DNA of 64,000 bases from Candidatus Pacearchaeota archaeon (GTDB lineage: Archaea > Nanobdellota > Nanobdellia > Pacearchaeales > GW2011-AR1). The stretch is taken from positions 4,602-68,601 of the forward strand of contig JAGLWM010000005.1 of NCBI GenBank assembly GCA_023133415.1, in the 5' to 3' direction. Below the pieces are notes generated by a model, which ran no database searches, was not told where the DNA came from, and saw only the letters and a program-made list of their open reading frames with translations. How positions within the stretch are numbered: position 1 is the first letter of the stretch; each line of letters begins with the position of its first letter. The translations under genes were made by a program, and so were the position numbers. Positions 36,833-45,923 of the stretch are shown one piece after another.

Positions 36833-37858
36833 TTATATATTTTTTGGGTAGGCTAGTTTTTCGAGTTTTTCGAGTTCGTCTCTTTTGGATTCTATTTCTG
36901 AGAGTAGGTTTGTGATATGTTGTGCTGCTGTATTTTTAACGTCGAGAGGATGGATGGATTTTTCTTTGACTGCTTTTTCTAGTTCTTCGTAAGTTTGGAA
37001 TTCTAGGTTGCCACCGAATTTTTCTGGACGTTCTATGAGTAGTTTTTCGTTTTTGTCTCGGAGAAGTGTGAATATGATGTATTTGAAAAATGCCATTGTT
37101 CCGTTGTCTGGGTTGCCCTCTTTGAAGTCTGCCAAGTTTACTTTTTTCTGGATTGTTTTTTTATCGTCCATTAATCCTATTTTTGAGGCTTCTATCGATG
37201 AGGACATTTTTTTGCCTATGAGTCCTGGCAGGAAGGGTACCATTAGTTCGATTCGTTTTTTGTATCCGAGTTTTGGCAGTTGTTCTCGCGCTAGAACGAA
37301 AATTTTTCTTTGGTCTATCGCTCCGATTTGCATGTCGACTTTTAGATATTGTTCGTCGAGGGCTTGCATTAGTGGGTAGATGTAGCCAGAGAGTTTTGGG
37401 TTGGTTCCCATTTTTACGACTTCGCTTGCGGCTTTGTGGCAGTCGTGGACTGAGGTCATGCTTGAGAGCTTAAAGATGTCGAGGACGTATTCTTTTGAGA
37501 GTTGGAAGTCGCTTCCTTTTACGAATTCTAGTTTTGTTATGTTGGTGCCCATTGCTTTAATCATTAGTGGGATTATTTTTGAGTAGAAGTTGTATCGGTG
37601 TTCGAGGATTTCCCATGGTGTGTTGTCTAGTGCTGCGTGTAGGTCGGCGATTAGGACTTTGACTCTAAATCCTGCGTTTAGTAGATCTGCAAGTTTTAGT
37701 CCCCAGATGAAATAACCGATGTGTGGGGCTCCTGTTGGTGCGGTTCCGATGTAGACCGAGAGTTCTTTGTTTGATTCGAGGAGTTCTTTGAGTTCGTCTT
37801 CTCCGATTATTTCGGCTGTGTTTCGTTTTATTAGTTCGAATTTTTCTTGGGGGTTCAT
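36833..37858 (-). CDS. tyrS: Tyrosine-tRNA ligase (archaeal type)
   Basis: 'YIGTAPTGAPHIGY', 'YPLMQALD', 'GAIDQRK', 'KMSSS'. Confidence 0.95.
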   Translation of the reverse strand: MNPQEKFELIKRNTAEIIGEDELKELLESNKELSVYIGTAPTGAPHIGYFIWGLKLADLLNAGFRVKVLIADLHAALDNTPWEILEHRYNFYSKIIPLMIKAMGTNITKLEFVKGSDFQLSKEYVLDIFKLSSMTSVHDCHKAASEVVKMGTNPKLSGYIYPLMQALDEQYLKVDMQIGAIDQRKIFVLAREQLPKLGYKKRIELMVPFLPGLIGKKMSSSIEASKIGLMDDKKTIQKKVNLADFKEGNPDNGTMAFFKYIIFTLLRDKNEKLLIERPEKFGGNLEFQTYEELEKAVKEKSIHPLDVKNTAAQHITNLLSEIESKRDELEKLEKLAYPKNI

Positions 37859-37895
37859 GGGAAGATATGGGAGTTGAAGTTTTTAAGGGTTTGTT

Positions 37896-37939
37896 TGGGT
37901 CAATCTTCCCATGAAAAACTTAGATAAAAATTCCTTATA
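37896..37939 (-). pseudogene. Relic of the integrase 5' end (promoter region plus first codons)
   Basis: 40/45 identical (1 gap) to 26032-26076, which spans the start of the intact integrase. Confidence 0.75.
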
Positions 37940-38011
37940 ATAAATTTGTAGCGGTGTTGTAGTGGATTTTGAGATAAAAAGTTTAATAAGTGAGTAAGCC
38001 AATTTATTTAC

Positions 38012-38527
38012 ATGATTTACAATATTGCTTTAGTTTTCGAGGAAAGAATTAATAAGCAGATTCATGATTTTTATGGGATAATTAAAGATAATTTGAATCT
38101 TGAATTTGGTTTAGAGAGTCGATCCATTCCGCATGCTACACTTATAAAATTTGAATCTAAAGAGGAATTGAACTCAGAAAAGCTTTCGAGCATAATTGAA
38201 GACATGGCTGATGATATTAAAGTGGATTTTTCTGGTATCACATTACTTCCTTCTAAATCTTCTATTGACTGCTGGGTAGAGCTATCAATATTAAAAAGCC
38301 AAAAATTAATCGAGATTCAACGAGTTCTCATTAGCAAGTTAAAAGATTATGATATTGTAAGTGGTATTAATGATAGATTTAGGCCGCATATCACTTTTTG
38401 TAAAACTAAAAATTGTGAATTTAATATCATGAATTTGGATTCTTCGCTCTTAAGAAGAGGTGGGGTTAATGCGAGGTTGGTTATTGGTGGTGTCGATTCT
38501 AATTTTGAGTTTTTTGAAATAAGATGA
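38012..38527 (+). CDS. 2H phosphoesterase (2'-5' RNA ligase family)
   Basis: Two HxT motifs: 'PHATL' and 'PHITF'. Confidence 0.85.
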   Translation: MIYNIALVFEERINKQIHDFYGIIKDNLNLEFGLESRSIPHATLIKFESKEELNSEKLSSIIEDMADDIKVDFSGITLLPSKSSIDCWVELSILKSQKLIEIQRVLISKLKDYDIVSGINDRFRPHITFCKTKNCEFNIMNLDSSLLRRGGVNARLVIGGVDSNFEFFEIR

Positions 38528-39018
38528 AATCTAAAATAATAATTGTAGATGAGAAAGATGAGGTAATAGGACATAAATTAAGAGGCACATTAGATAAAGA
38601 AGATATTTATCAAGTATCTGCACTTTGGATTACTAATTCCAAAGGAGAAATTCTTTTAGCTAGACGCCATCATACAAAAACTCATCATCCAAGAAAATGG
38701 GGTCCTGCTGTTGCGGGGACGGTTGATGAGGGTGAGAGTTACTATGATAATATAATTAAGGAAGCGGAAGAGGAATTGGGACTTAGAGATATTGAGCTTG
38801 AACTTGGTCCCAAGAGAGAAACGAATGGGGAGTATCATCATTTTACTCAATGGTATCATTTGGTTATTGATAAAGATATTAACGATTTTACAATACAAGA
38901 AGATGAGGTTGAAGAAATTAAATGGTTTTCTTTAGGAGAATTAGAAAATCAATTAGAGGTAAATCCTGAGGAATTTTTGCCTAAAATGAAAAGCTACTTT
39001 GAGTTATTTAAGTCTTAA
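38524..39018 (+). CDS. NUDIX hydrolase (IDI type 1-like)
   Basis: 'IVDEKDEVIG', 'AGTVDEGESY...IIKEAEEELG'. Confidence 0.85.
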   Translation: MKSKIIIVDEKDEVIGHKLRGTLDKEDIYQVSALWITNSKGEILLARRHHTKTHHPRKWGPAVAGTVDEGESYYDNIIKEAEEELGLRDIELELGPKRETNGEYHHFTQWYHLVIDKDINDFTIQEDEVEEIKWFSLGELENQLEVNPEEFLPKMKSYFELFKS

Positions 39019-39093
39019 CATCCCTCAAAAATCGTAAGAATGTATGTACTTTTTGTCCAGCAAGAATTTCTAAAATATACTAAAATGAGAAGA

Positions 39094-39142
39094 TGTCCCA
39101 ACCGCCGTGGCCGGAGAGATGTGTTTTTGGGGGGTGGACTAA
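39094..39142 (+). repeat. att-like site: degenerate core plus right arm
   Basis: TGTCCCAACCG (9/11 core match) followed by a 38-bp arm 33/38 identical to 44382-44419. Confidence 0.8.
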
Positions 39143-39158
39143 AGGGGTGACCACAGAA

Positions 39159-40085
39159 TCACTTTTTCTTATTTTTTGTAGACACCTCTTTTAGTGTCTT
39201 TTTATATTGCTTAATTAATAATTTAAGAGTAGGTTTTAGGTCGTCCCTTCTTGAATATTCGTATAGTGATTTATAATATTCTTGTCTATCTTCGAGCATA
39301 ATATTTATTGGAGGATAATTATTTTTTAATAATATATAATTTAGTAATAATCTTCCTACTCTCCCATTTCCATCTTGGAATGGGTGAATGTGTTCGAATT
39401 GATTATGTAATATTGCTGCCAGAACTAAAGGTTTGAATTTATTTTGATTTTCTTTATACCATTCAATAAAATCTTTAAGATAATTTCTTAGTTCTTCTTT
39501 TGGAACTCCCGTATGAAGAATTTTTCCTCTTGGGTTTCTTATGGTCACATTAACATTTCTGAATTTCCCAGAAAAAGGCTTTGAGCCTTTAAAACAAAAA
39601 TCGTGTAATTTTAACAATAATTTTAATGATAAATCTTCTTTTGTTTTTCTTATATATTCTATTGCTTTTGCAACACCTTTTATTTCAATTTCTTCTGCAT
39701 TTTCGGCTTTTTTCTTGTGAAGAATTTCTGCAACTTCATTTTCTGCTATCGTAGAACCTTCAATTGCATTAGTGTTATAAACAAAATCTTCTGTAAAATT
39801 TTCCCATTCTTTTTTGCTTAAGTGAGTAATTTTAATTTTATTGTTATAATTATTTAATGTTTCTGTTTGTTTTTTTGTTAATGTAAAAAAGAATACTTTG
39901 GTATTTATTTCTTCAAGTAATTCTAAAATTATTTCTTCAGCTTTTTTCTTTTTTCTTTTTAGTTCTTCTTCTGAGAGATTGACCCCTAAATATCTTCTTA
40001 TTTTTTCAACTTTATTATTTTCTCTGTAGGAATGGACTAAATAATATTTTATATTTTTTCCAGATTTTCTTTTTTCAATATACAT
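39159..40085 (-). CDS. Fic-domain protein
   Basis: Canonical 'HPFQDGNGRVGR' and 'YNTNAIEG'. Confidence 0.93.
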   Translation of the reverse strand: MYIEKRKSGKNIKYYLVHSYRENNKVEKIRRYLGVNLSEEELKRKKKKAEEIILELLEEINTKVFFFTLTKKQTETLNNYNNKIKITHLSKKEWENFTEDFVYNTNAIEGSTIAENEVAEILHKKKAENAEEIEIKGVAKAIEYIRKTKEDLSLKLLLKLHDFCFKGSKPFSGKFRNVNVTIRNPRGKILHTGVPKEELRNYLKDFIEWYKENQNKFKPLVLAAILHNQFEHIHPFQDGNGRVGRLLLNYILLKNNYPPINIMLEDRQEYYKSLYEYSRRDDLKPTLKLLIKQYKKTLKEVSTKNKKK

Positions 40086-40253
40086 GATATATTAAGGGTG
40101 CCCACGTTTATAAATACTTGTAATTTTGTGGTCACTGGGATGATTGCTAGATGTCTATGGAGGAAATAGAAAACAAATTAAATAAGTTTCAATCAATGAT
40201 GGATGCTTTAGAGTTGAGATTGATGAGGAAGCTAATGAACGGAAATGAAAAGA

Positions 40254-40282
40254 CGCCCCAACCGCCGTGACTAGAGATGTGT
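40254..40282 (+). repeat. att-like site: core plus right arm
   Basis: CGCCCCAACCG followed by CCGTGACTAGAGATGTGT. Confidence 0.85.
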
Positions 40283-40515
40283 CTACTTGATGGATGGAGA
40301 AAATTCTAAAGCTCTTTGGTTCTAATTATGCAATCAGTAAAATATGCAGTTTTACAATCGGAACAATAATTTGGGCAATGAACAATAAGGCTGTTTTAGC
40401 ATTTATTTCAGTCATTTCTTTTATTATTATTTTTCGTTCAATTTGAAACTTATTTTAAAAATTCTGTTTAGGTTTTCAAAGAAATATTTATATAGAAAGC
40501 TAATCTAAATAGAGT

Positions 40516-40713
40516 GGAGATAACACAAGTTAACCTTGGAAAGGTTGGGACTTGATAGTAGCTGTCAAATGCTTGACTACGATTGCGGGAATGGACTATA
40601 ACTCCTGCATGAAGATGTGCTTGCTGGTCTATTGGGTTTCGAAAACGGATGGGAAACGGTAATGAGTTGAATTACCCTACCTTTGAAATTTTCTACTGTG
40701 TCCAGTTATCTCC
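40516..40713 (+). ncRNA. Unidentified ~200-nt structured RNA, copy C
   Basis: GGAGATAAC pairs with GTTATCTCC. AACCTT-GGA-AAGGTT hairpin; CAAGTT/GACTTG; TGGAC (40592-96)/GTCCA (40700-04); TTTATATA at 40487-94. Confidence 0.82.
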
Positions 40714-40722
40714 ATTTATAAT

Positions 40723-40821
40723 ATGGTACGAACAAAAACAAAAGAGGCGAAAGTAAAGAAGCTAATTAAAATTGCTAAAGGTTCGAAAAAGAATCAGAAT
40801 AAAGATTTAAAGTGTAGATGA
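40723..40821 (+). pseudogene. Short basic ORF, probable remnant of the gene that follows RNA copy B
   Basis: MVRTKTKEAKVKKLIKIAKGSKKNQNKDLKCR*, starting 9 nt after the RNA (10 nt for copy B). Confidence 0.4.
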
Positions 40822-40848
40822 TTGGGAAATAAATTATTTAATATTCTA

Positions 40849-41020
40849 ATGTTTAAAGATAGAATTGATGCGGGAAAGCAACTTGCGGAGAAGCTTAAAA
40901 TATATAATAAGAGGCGCGATGTGATAATTCTTGGAATTCCACGTGGGGTGTGATTGTTGCGTCTGTTATTTCTAAGGCTCTAAATCTTCCTTTAGATGTT
41001 ATTATTATAAAAAAGATTGT
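40849..41020 (+). pseudogene. Truncated, frameshifted paralog of the PRT gene at 9630-10250
   Basis: MFKDRIDAGKQLAEKLK...ILGIPRG, then a 1-nt deletion, then VIVASVISKALNLPLDVIIIKKI. Confidence 0.85.
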
Positions 41021-41274
41021 TCCTAGAAAATCAGCTATCGGTTTCCAGAAAAAACCTTGAAGCCCTTGGCTATTTGCAAAAATCATATCTAATGAAGCGT
41101 CTAAGATGGCTAGAAGCACTAAAATTATCCATGCCCATAGCTTTGACAAAACCACTTTAGGTTTTTTATTTTCTTTTTTCATGATTTTTTATGGGGCAAG
41201 AGTATAAAATAAAACTCTTATAATAATTAGGAGAGAAAGGTATAAAATGTTTAGAATGAAACTCTAGGATTCCA

Positions 41275-41285
41275 CGCCCCAACCG
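41275..41285 (+). repeat. att-like core
   Basis: Perfect CGCCCCAACCG. Confidence 0.8.
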
Positions 41286-41434
41286 ATAGTAGTAAGGAAA
41301 CTAAGGGTATTCGGTGGGTTTATCCAATCTTAACGAAATTGATTTCCTAGAGATAGGTTACTAGGGGAAGTTGGAAAAATAAGAGGATTGTTTGAACCTA
41401 TCTAGTTTATATAGGCAATTTTTGCTATTATATT

Positions 41435-42760
41435 ATGGAATTTAAATCATTAAAAATCATTGAGCCGATATTGAGGGCTTTGAAAGATAAGGGCTATAGC
41501 GAAGCCACTCCGATACAGGACAAGACTATTCCACTGTTATTGGATGGGAAAGATGTTGTTGGAATTGCCCAAACTGGAACGGGGAAGACTGCTGCTTTTG
41601 CTATCCCTATTTTACAGAAATTGTCCACTGAAGGACAGGGCCCACATGCTTTAATTTTGGCTCCTACAAGAGAGTTGGCTGCCCAGATTGCTGAGGAATT
41701 TAAGGCTTATGGAAAATATTTAAATTTTAATTATCTGGCCGTTTATGGTGGTGTTGGAATTATTCCGCAGATTAAGACATTAAGTCGGGGTGTTGATATC
41801 TTGATTGCTACTCCCGGAAGATTGATTGATTTAATGGATCAGGGGAAAGTTAATTTGAAGAAAGTTGAGTTTCTGGTTTTGGATGAAGCGGATAGAATGC
41901 TTGATATGGGATTTTTAAGAGATGTTAAAAAGATCGTTAAGACCACACCCGAAAAGAAGCAGGTTCTGTTGTTTTCGGCTACTATGTCAAAAGAGATTGG
42001 TGAAATTAGCGAGGAATTTTTGACGAATCCATCCAAGATTCAAATTACTCCGGAATCTACTCCTGTTAACAAAATCGAGCAATGTGTATTTTTTATTGAT
42101 AGGAAGAATAAAGAGGAGTTATTACTGGATTTAATTAAGCAACAAAAAATGAACAAGGTTTTGGTTTTTGTTAGCATGAAGCATAAGGCAAATAAGATTG
42201 CTGTTATTTTAAATAAGAACAAGGTAAATGCTGCTGCTATTCATGGGAATAAATCTCAGTTCCAAAGAGAGAAAGCCTTGAGGGAATTTAAATCTGGGGC
42301 GGTTAGTGTTTTGGTTGCGACTGATATTGCAGCGAGAGGTATTGATGTTTCTAATATTTCACATGTTGTTAATTATGATTTGCCTAATGAGCCTGAGAAT
42401 TATGTTCATCGGATTGGAAGAACTGCTAGGGCTGGAACTAAAGGTGTTGCTTATTCTTTTTGTGAAGCTGCAGATAGAAATTATTTGAATCAGATTGAGA
42501 GGGTTATTAAAAAGAAACTTGAACATGCTGGGCATAAGTGGCACAGTGTTAACGCCAAAAGTGCTGAGGCTAAACCTAAACCTAGGGGCCAGGGTATTGG
42601 TCGAGGACGAGGTAGAGATAAAAGAAAGACTGGCGGTGGAAAGAGTAAAGGTGCTGTCAAAAACAAAGTTAGAAGCAGGGGTAGAGGAGCAAAGTTTGGA
42701 CGAGGTAAAGCTTCTGGCTCTAGGAGAGTTGCTATGGGACGAACTAGAAGTCGAAGATAA
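41435..42760 (+). CDS. DEAD-box RNA helicase (RhlE-like, bacterial type)
   Basis: 'AQTGTGKT', 'PTRELA', 'DEAD', 'SAT', 'ARGID', 'HRIGRTAR'; basic Gly/Arg tail. Confidence 0.95.
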   Translation: MEFKSLKIIEPILRALKDKGYSEATPIQDKTIPLLLDGKDVVGIAQTGTGKTAAFAIPILQKLSTEGQGPHALILAPTRELAAQIAEEFKAYGKYLNFNYLAVYGGVGIIPQIKTLSRGVDILIATPGRLIDLMDQGKVNLKKVEFLVLDEADRMLDMGFLRDVKKIVKTTPEKKQVLLFSATMSKEIGEISEEFLTNPSKIQITPESTPVNKIEQCVFFIDRKNKEELLLDLIKQQKMNKVLVFVSMKHKANKIAVILNKNKVNAAAIHGNKSQFQREKALREFKSGAVSVLVATDIAARGIDVSNISHVVNYDLPNEPENYVHRIGRTARAGTKGVAYSFCEAADRNYLNQIERVIKKKLEHAGHKWHSVNAKSAEAKPKPRGQGIGRGRGRDKRKTGGGKSKGAVKNKVRSRGRGAKFGRGKASGSRRVAMGRTRSRR

Positions 42761-42870
42761 AACAACGCAAATAAGACCATTCTATTTTAATATTCATAAT
42801 AGTTTCACAGGATAACATTTAAAATTATTTGCATTTCCTTCGGCTCCCATTAACCATACAATATAAAATA

Positions 42871-42930
42871 ACCACAAAGCTTACAGCGTACACCCATGAA
42901 TGTTTCAAAAGTGCTGAACGCCCCAATCGG
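42871..42930 (+). repeat. att-like site: left arm plus core
   Basis: 51/60 identical to 51502-51561; core CGCCCCAATCG at 42919-42929. Confidence 0.88.
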
Positions 42931-42945
42931 TCTTCTAACTTTTTG

Positions 42946-43977
42946 TTAGACCCCCAAAATATTATTATCGTTAATATATTTTTGAACTAATTTGATGGCA
43001 TCATCATTAAAATGAGTTTTAAGCCCTTCTTCTATCTTAACCCATTTCCACTCCTTGAATTTTTCGGGTTCCATCAATATTGGCTCTCCATCAATAGAAC
43101 AATAAAAAAGATGAACTATATCATCCTTCCAAGACCCTTTTATCTCTCCAATAAAATCAAGAATCTTAAAATCTGAGCTTTTTATTCCGATTTCTTCAAA
43201 CACTTCTCGCTTTAAGGCTTCTCCAATTGTTTCACCCTTGTCACACCTACCTCCGGGAAAATTCCAAACAGATAACTCCTTTTCCTGATATACCCTATTT
43301 CCCAATAATACACTTCCATCCCTTATTATTATGGCAGCAGTGCAATTATTTTCCATTGCCCTGATATTAAGAACCTTATTTAATGTTAAATTTTCATTGA
43401 ATGGAATTATTCCAAAATCCATAGTCTCTGCTTTATGTTGCATCCGTTCATTTATTGTAACCCCTTTTCTTTTTGAAACGTTTTTTGCAGACTCTATATT
43501 GTTTACCTTAAATTTTCGATTTCTTAAAGCTTCAATTCCCTCTTTTCCAATTAGCTCATTATTTTTGATATTAAATGCAAGTGCTTGTATAGTAAATGGC
43601 ACTCCTTCTAACATGTTTTCTATCGTTGGTTTAAGCTTCTTCTTAGCAATATACTCATGTTCAGAAATTGGGAATATATCAACCTCTACATTTCCCTTCT
43701 TAAAAGTAGGATTACCAAATTTTTGATATGAAACTTCCCATCCCTCACTTGCAGTTATTTTTTCATTTAACTTATCAACAACAAAGTCAAAATCATTTGT
43801 TTCTTGCGAACCACCATAAAGTTCTCTTGCCAAAGTTCTACTTACAGCCCCTCCAATAATGTAGATATTCCCTTCTGAATTTTCCTTAACTAATGAGATA
43901 ATTTCTTTATACTCCTGTATCTCTCTTAACTTTTTAACTAAGATTTCTGAGAGGGATTTTTCATCAAATTTGACCAT
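42946..43977 (-). CDS. Fusion of a CCA/poly(A)-polymerase-like nucleotidyltransferase head and a NUDIX hydrolase
   Basis: 'YIIGGAVSR..DFDF', 'PFTIQALA'; NUDIX box 'PGGRCDKGETIGEALKREVFEEIG'. Confidence 0.78.
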   Translation of the reverse strand: MVKFDEKSLSEILVKKLREIQEYKEIISLVKENSEGNIYIIGGAVSRTLARELYGGSQETNDFDFVVDKLNEKITASEGWEVSYQKFGNPTFKKGNVEVDIFPISEHEYIAKKKLKPTIENMLEGVPFTIQALAFNIKNNELIGKEGIEALRNRKFKVNNIESAKNVSKRKGVTINERMQHKAETMDFGIIPFNENLTLNKVLNIRAMENNCTAAIIIRDGSVLLGNRVYQEKELSVWNFPGGRCDKGETIGEALKREVFEEIGIKSSDFKILDFIGEIKGSWKDDIVHLFYCSIDGEPILMEPEKFKEWKWVKIEEGLKTHFNDDAIKLVQKYINDNNILGV

Positions 43978-44370
43978 AATTAGAAGAATAGTTCAGGGTA
44001 TAATAATCTAACTAATCTTAATCAGATTTATTGGAGGCTTCTTCAATTCTATGCCTCTCTTCTCAGTGCTTCTCAAAATTTTCTCTAAGTTCCTTATTAT
44101 TTGGGTTTCTTAAAGCAATAACATATTCTTTGAAGTCTTCTTCAATTTCACCTAAAAATAAGATAGGGTTTATTTTTATCATCCCTCCAAATTCATTTAG
44201 AAATTGAATTGTAATATCTTTATTATATTTATTAAATTCGTGGAGGCCATAATCATCTTCTTTGGTGTTTTCTCAGACTATTTTATGACGGTTAATGTCT
44301 CTCTCTCTGCCATAAAAAATAGACACAAATTTCACTTAATAAGATTTAGAGTGTATAACATATAGTTAAA

Positions 44371-44419
44371 CGCCCCAACCGCCGTGACTGGAGAGATGTG
44401 ATTTTGGTGGGTGGATTAA
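44371..44419 (+). repeat. att-like site: core plus right arm
   Basis: CGCCCCAACCG followed by CCGTGACTGGAGAGATGTGATTTTGGTGGGTGGATTAA. Confidence 0.88.
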
Positions 44420-44433
44420 TAATATTACAAGAC

Positions 44434-45108
44434 TTAGATAATTTCTACAATCTCACCAATATTATTTTTTAGAGAGTAAAGCATTGGAGGTCTATGTGAT
44501 ACATTTTTCTTTAATTCTTCTTCCCTTAGAATATTAAGTGAAATAATTTTCTTGGCAAAATTTCTTTTATCAAATCTTTTATTAAAAACGATTTCATAGA
44601 TTTTTTGTATCTGGCTTATTGTAAATTTTTGTGGAAGTAAGGAAAAGGCGACAGTTGTATATTCAAACTTCCATTTTAATCTTTTTAAGGAATAGTCTAA
44701 AATCTTTTTGTGATCAAAGGCGAGAGTGGGAATTTTTTTAACTGAAAACCACTTAACGTCTGAAACGTCTGTTGTTGCTTTCAGTTTGATATTTTCAGAA
44801 TTTGTAAGAGCCATATATGCAACAGTTATTACTCTTCCCCTGGGATCTCTTTTTATATCTCCAAAACTAAACAACTGCTCAAGATAAACATTCTGCACAC
44901 CTGTTTCTTCTTTTAATTCTCTTTTAGCGGCATCTTCTAAGGACTCGTCCATTCTAACAAAACCCCCCGGAAGTGCCCATTTCTCCCTAAAGGGATTAAT
45001 ATCTCTCTTCACAAAAAGAACTTTTAGTTCGTCCTCCCTAATCGTAAATATAACTATATCCACAGTTAAAGATGGCTTTCCAAAATTATGTATATTTTCC
45101 TCTTTCAT
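44434..45108 (-). CDS. nrtR: NrtR-family regulator (NUDIX plus winged-helix domain)
   Basis: 'WALPGGFV...AAKRELKEETG', 'YLEQLFSFG..RDPRGR', 'LAFDH', 'FDKRNFAKK'. Confidence 0.9.
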   Translation of the reverse strand: MKEENIHNFGKPSLTVDIVIFTIREDELKVLFVKRDINPFREKWALPGGFVRMDESLEDAAKRELKEETGVQNVYLEQLFSFGDIKRDPRGRVITVAYMALTNSENIKLKATTDVSDVKWFSVKKIPTLAFDHKKILDYSLKRLKWKFEYTTVAFSLLPQKFTISQIQKIYEIVFNKRFDKRNFAKKIISLNILREEELKKNVSHRPPMLYSLKNNIGEIVEII

Positions 45109-45143
45109 GTTGTTGGTAAAACAATAAGATATTTAAATTTACC

Positions 45144-45923
45144 CTAGAATCCCTCAATCACTCTTAACGGCTTTTCTGATAATTTAATTTCAACAATATC
45201 TCCTTCATTAAAATCGTACAATTTAAATCCGATTGCAATTATTCCACCAGAATCTCTTTTTGATTCAAAAGAAATTTTTTCATCAGATAAAATATCTCCC
45301 CCTAAAACTGTCGAAACATAAACTCTTTCTCCATAATATGGCTCTCTAACTATAAAGCCAAGTTTTTTTTCGTTTGCATTGAATTGTTTTCCACCCGCAG
45401 ACTTAAACCAGCCACTAGAGCCAGTTCCAGTAGAAATAATAACTCCCGAACTTCGCTGTTCTTCCTTCTTGTCCCTATAGTTAATTATATATCTGGAAGT
45501 ATGAAAATTATTTTCCGCACCAACATAAACCTCATTAGAAGCACGCTCATCTAAAACTTCGCCGTTTAACTTTACCTTCGCCCTCTGTCTCTCAATAACA
45601 TTAAGTTCCCTATTTAATATCTCTTCTAACTTCCCTACTTCATTCATAGATAAGCTTGTCAGTGCTCCTTCACTTGAGCTCGGATGAGAATTTATTCCCA
45701 AGATATAAGAATCTTCTATTCGATTAGCAGCCTCTATAAATGTGCCATCTCCACCAAGAGTTATCACCAAATCTGCATTATGCATTTTTTCCTTCTTTAA
45801 ATTATCATAAAAAGTCCAGAAAAAATCAAATCCGTTCAATGCCTTCATTAGCTTTTTAGAACTTTCTAGGTGTTCACTGGTATTCTTCTTACTTTCAACA
45901 ACAACAACTTTTTCAAATTTCAT
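45144..45923 (-). CDS. nadK: NAD kinase
   Basis: 'LGGDGT', 'NE', 'STGTGSSGW..SAGG'. Confidence 0.88.
   Translation of the reverse strand: MKFEKVVVVESKKNTSEHLESSKKLMKALNGFDFFWTFYDNLKKEKMHNADLVITLGGDGTFIEAANRIEDSYILGINSHPSSSEGALTSLSMNEVGKLEEILNRELNVIERQRAKVKLNGEVLDERASNEVYVGAENNFHTSRYIINYRDKKEEQRSSGVIISTGTGSSGWFKSAGGKQFNANEKKLGFIVREPYYGERVYVSTVLGGDILSDEKISFESKRDSGGIIAIGFKLYDFNEGDIVEIKLSEKPLRVIEGF

Noticed and set aside
7866-40713. The ~200-nt units as RNase P RNA, SRP RNA, group I intron or retron ncRNA
   Set aside because: There is no GAGGAAAGUCC/CR-V pair in the right places and no SRP helix-8 motif. GGACTATA resembles group I P7, but the units interrupt no gene and lack the rest of the core. 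No reverse transcriptase gene is in the window. An Rfam scan is still needed.
7865-40714. The same units as MITEs with 10-bp terminal inverted repeats
   Set aside because: No target-site duplications are visible, there is no transposase, the interiors diverge with compensatory pairing, and each unit has a TATA box at a fixed distance. This reading is disfavoured but not excluded.
40895-41182. Track ORF 40895..41182 as an intact gene
   Set aside because: Its 3' half is the antisense of the PRT pseudogene; only the first ~54 codons look like a membrane-gene remnant.
44022-44313. Possible decayed ORF upstream of the NTase-NUDIX gene
   Set aside because: A ~60-codon open stretch lacks an in-frame start and has no recognisable motif; too weak to call.
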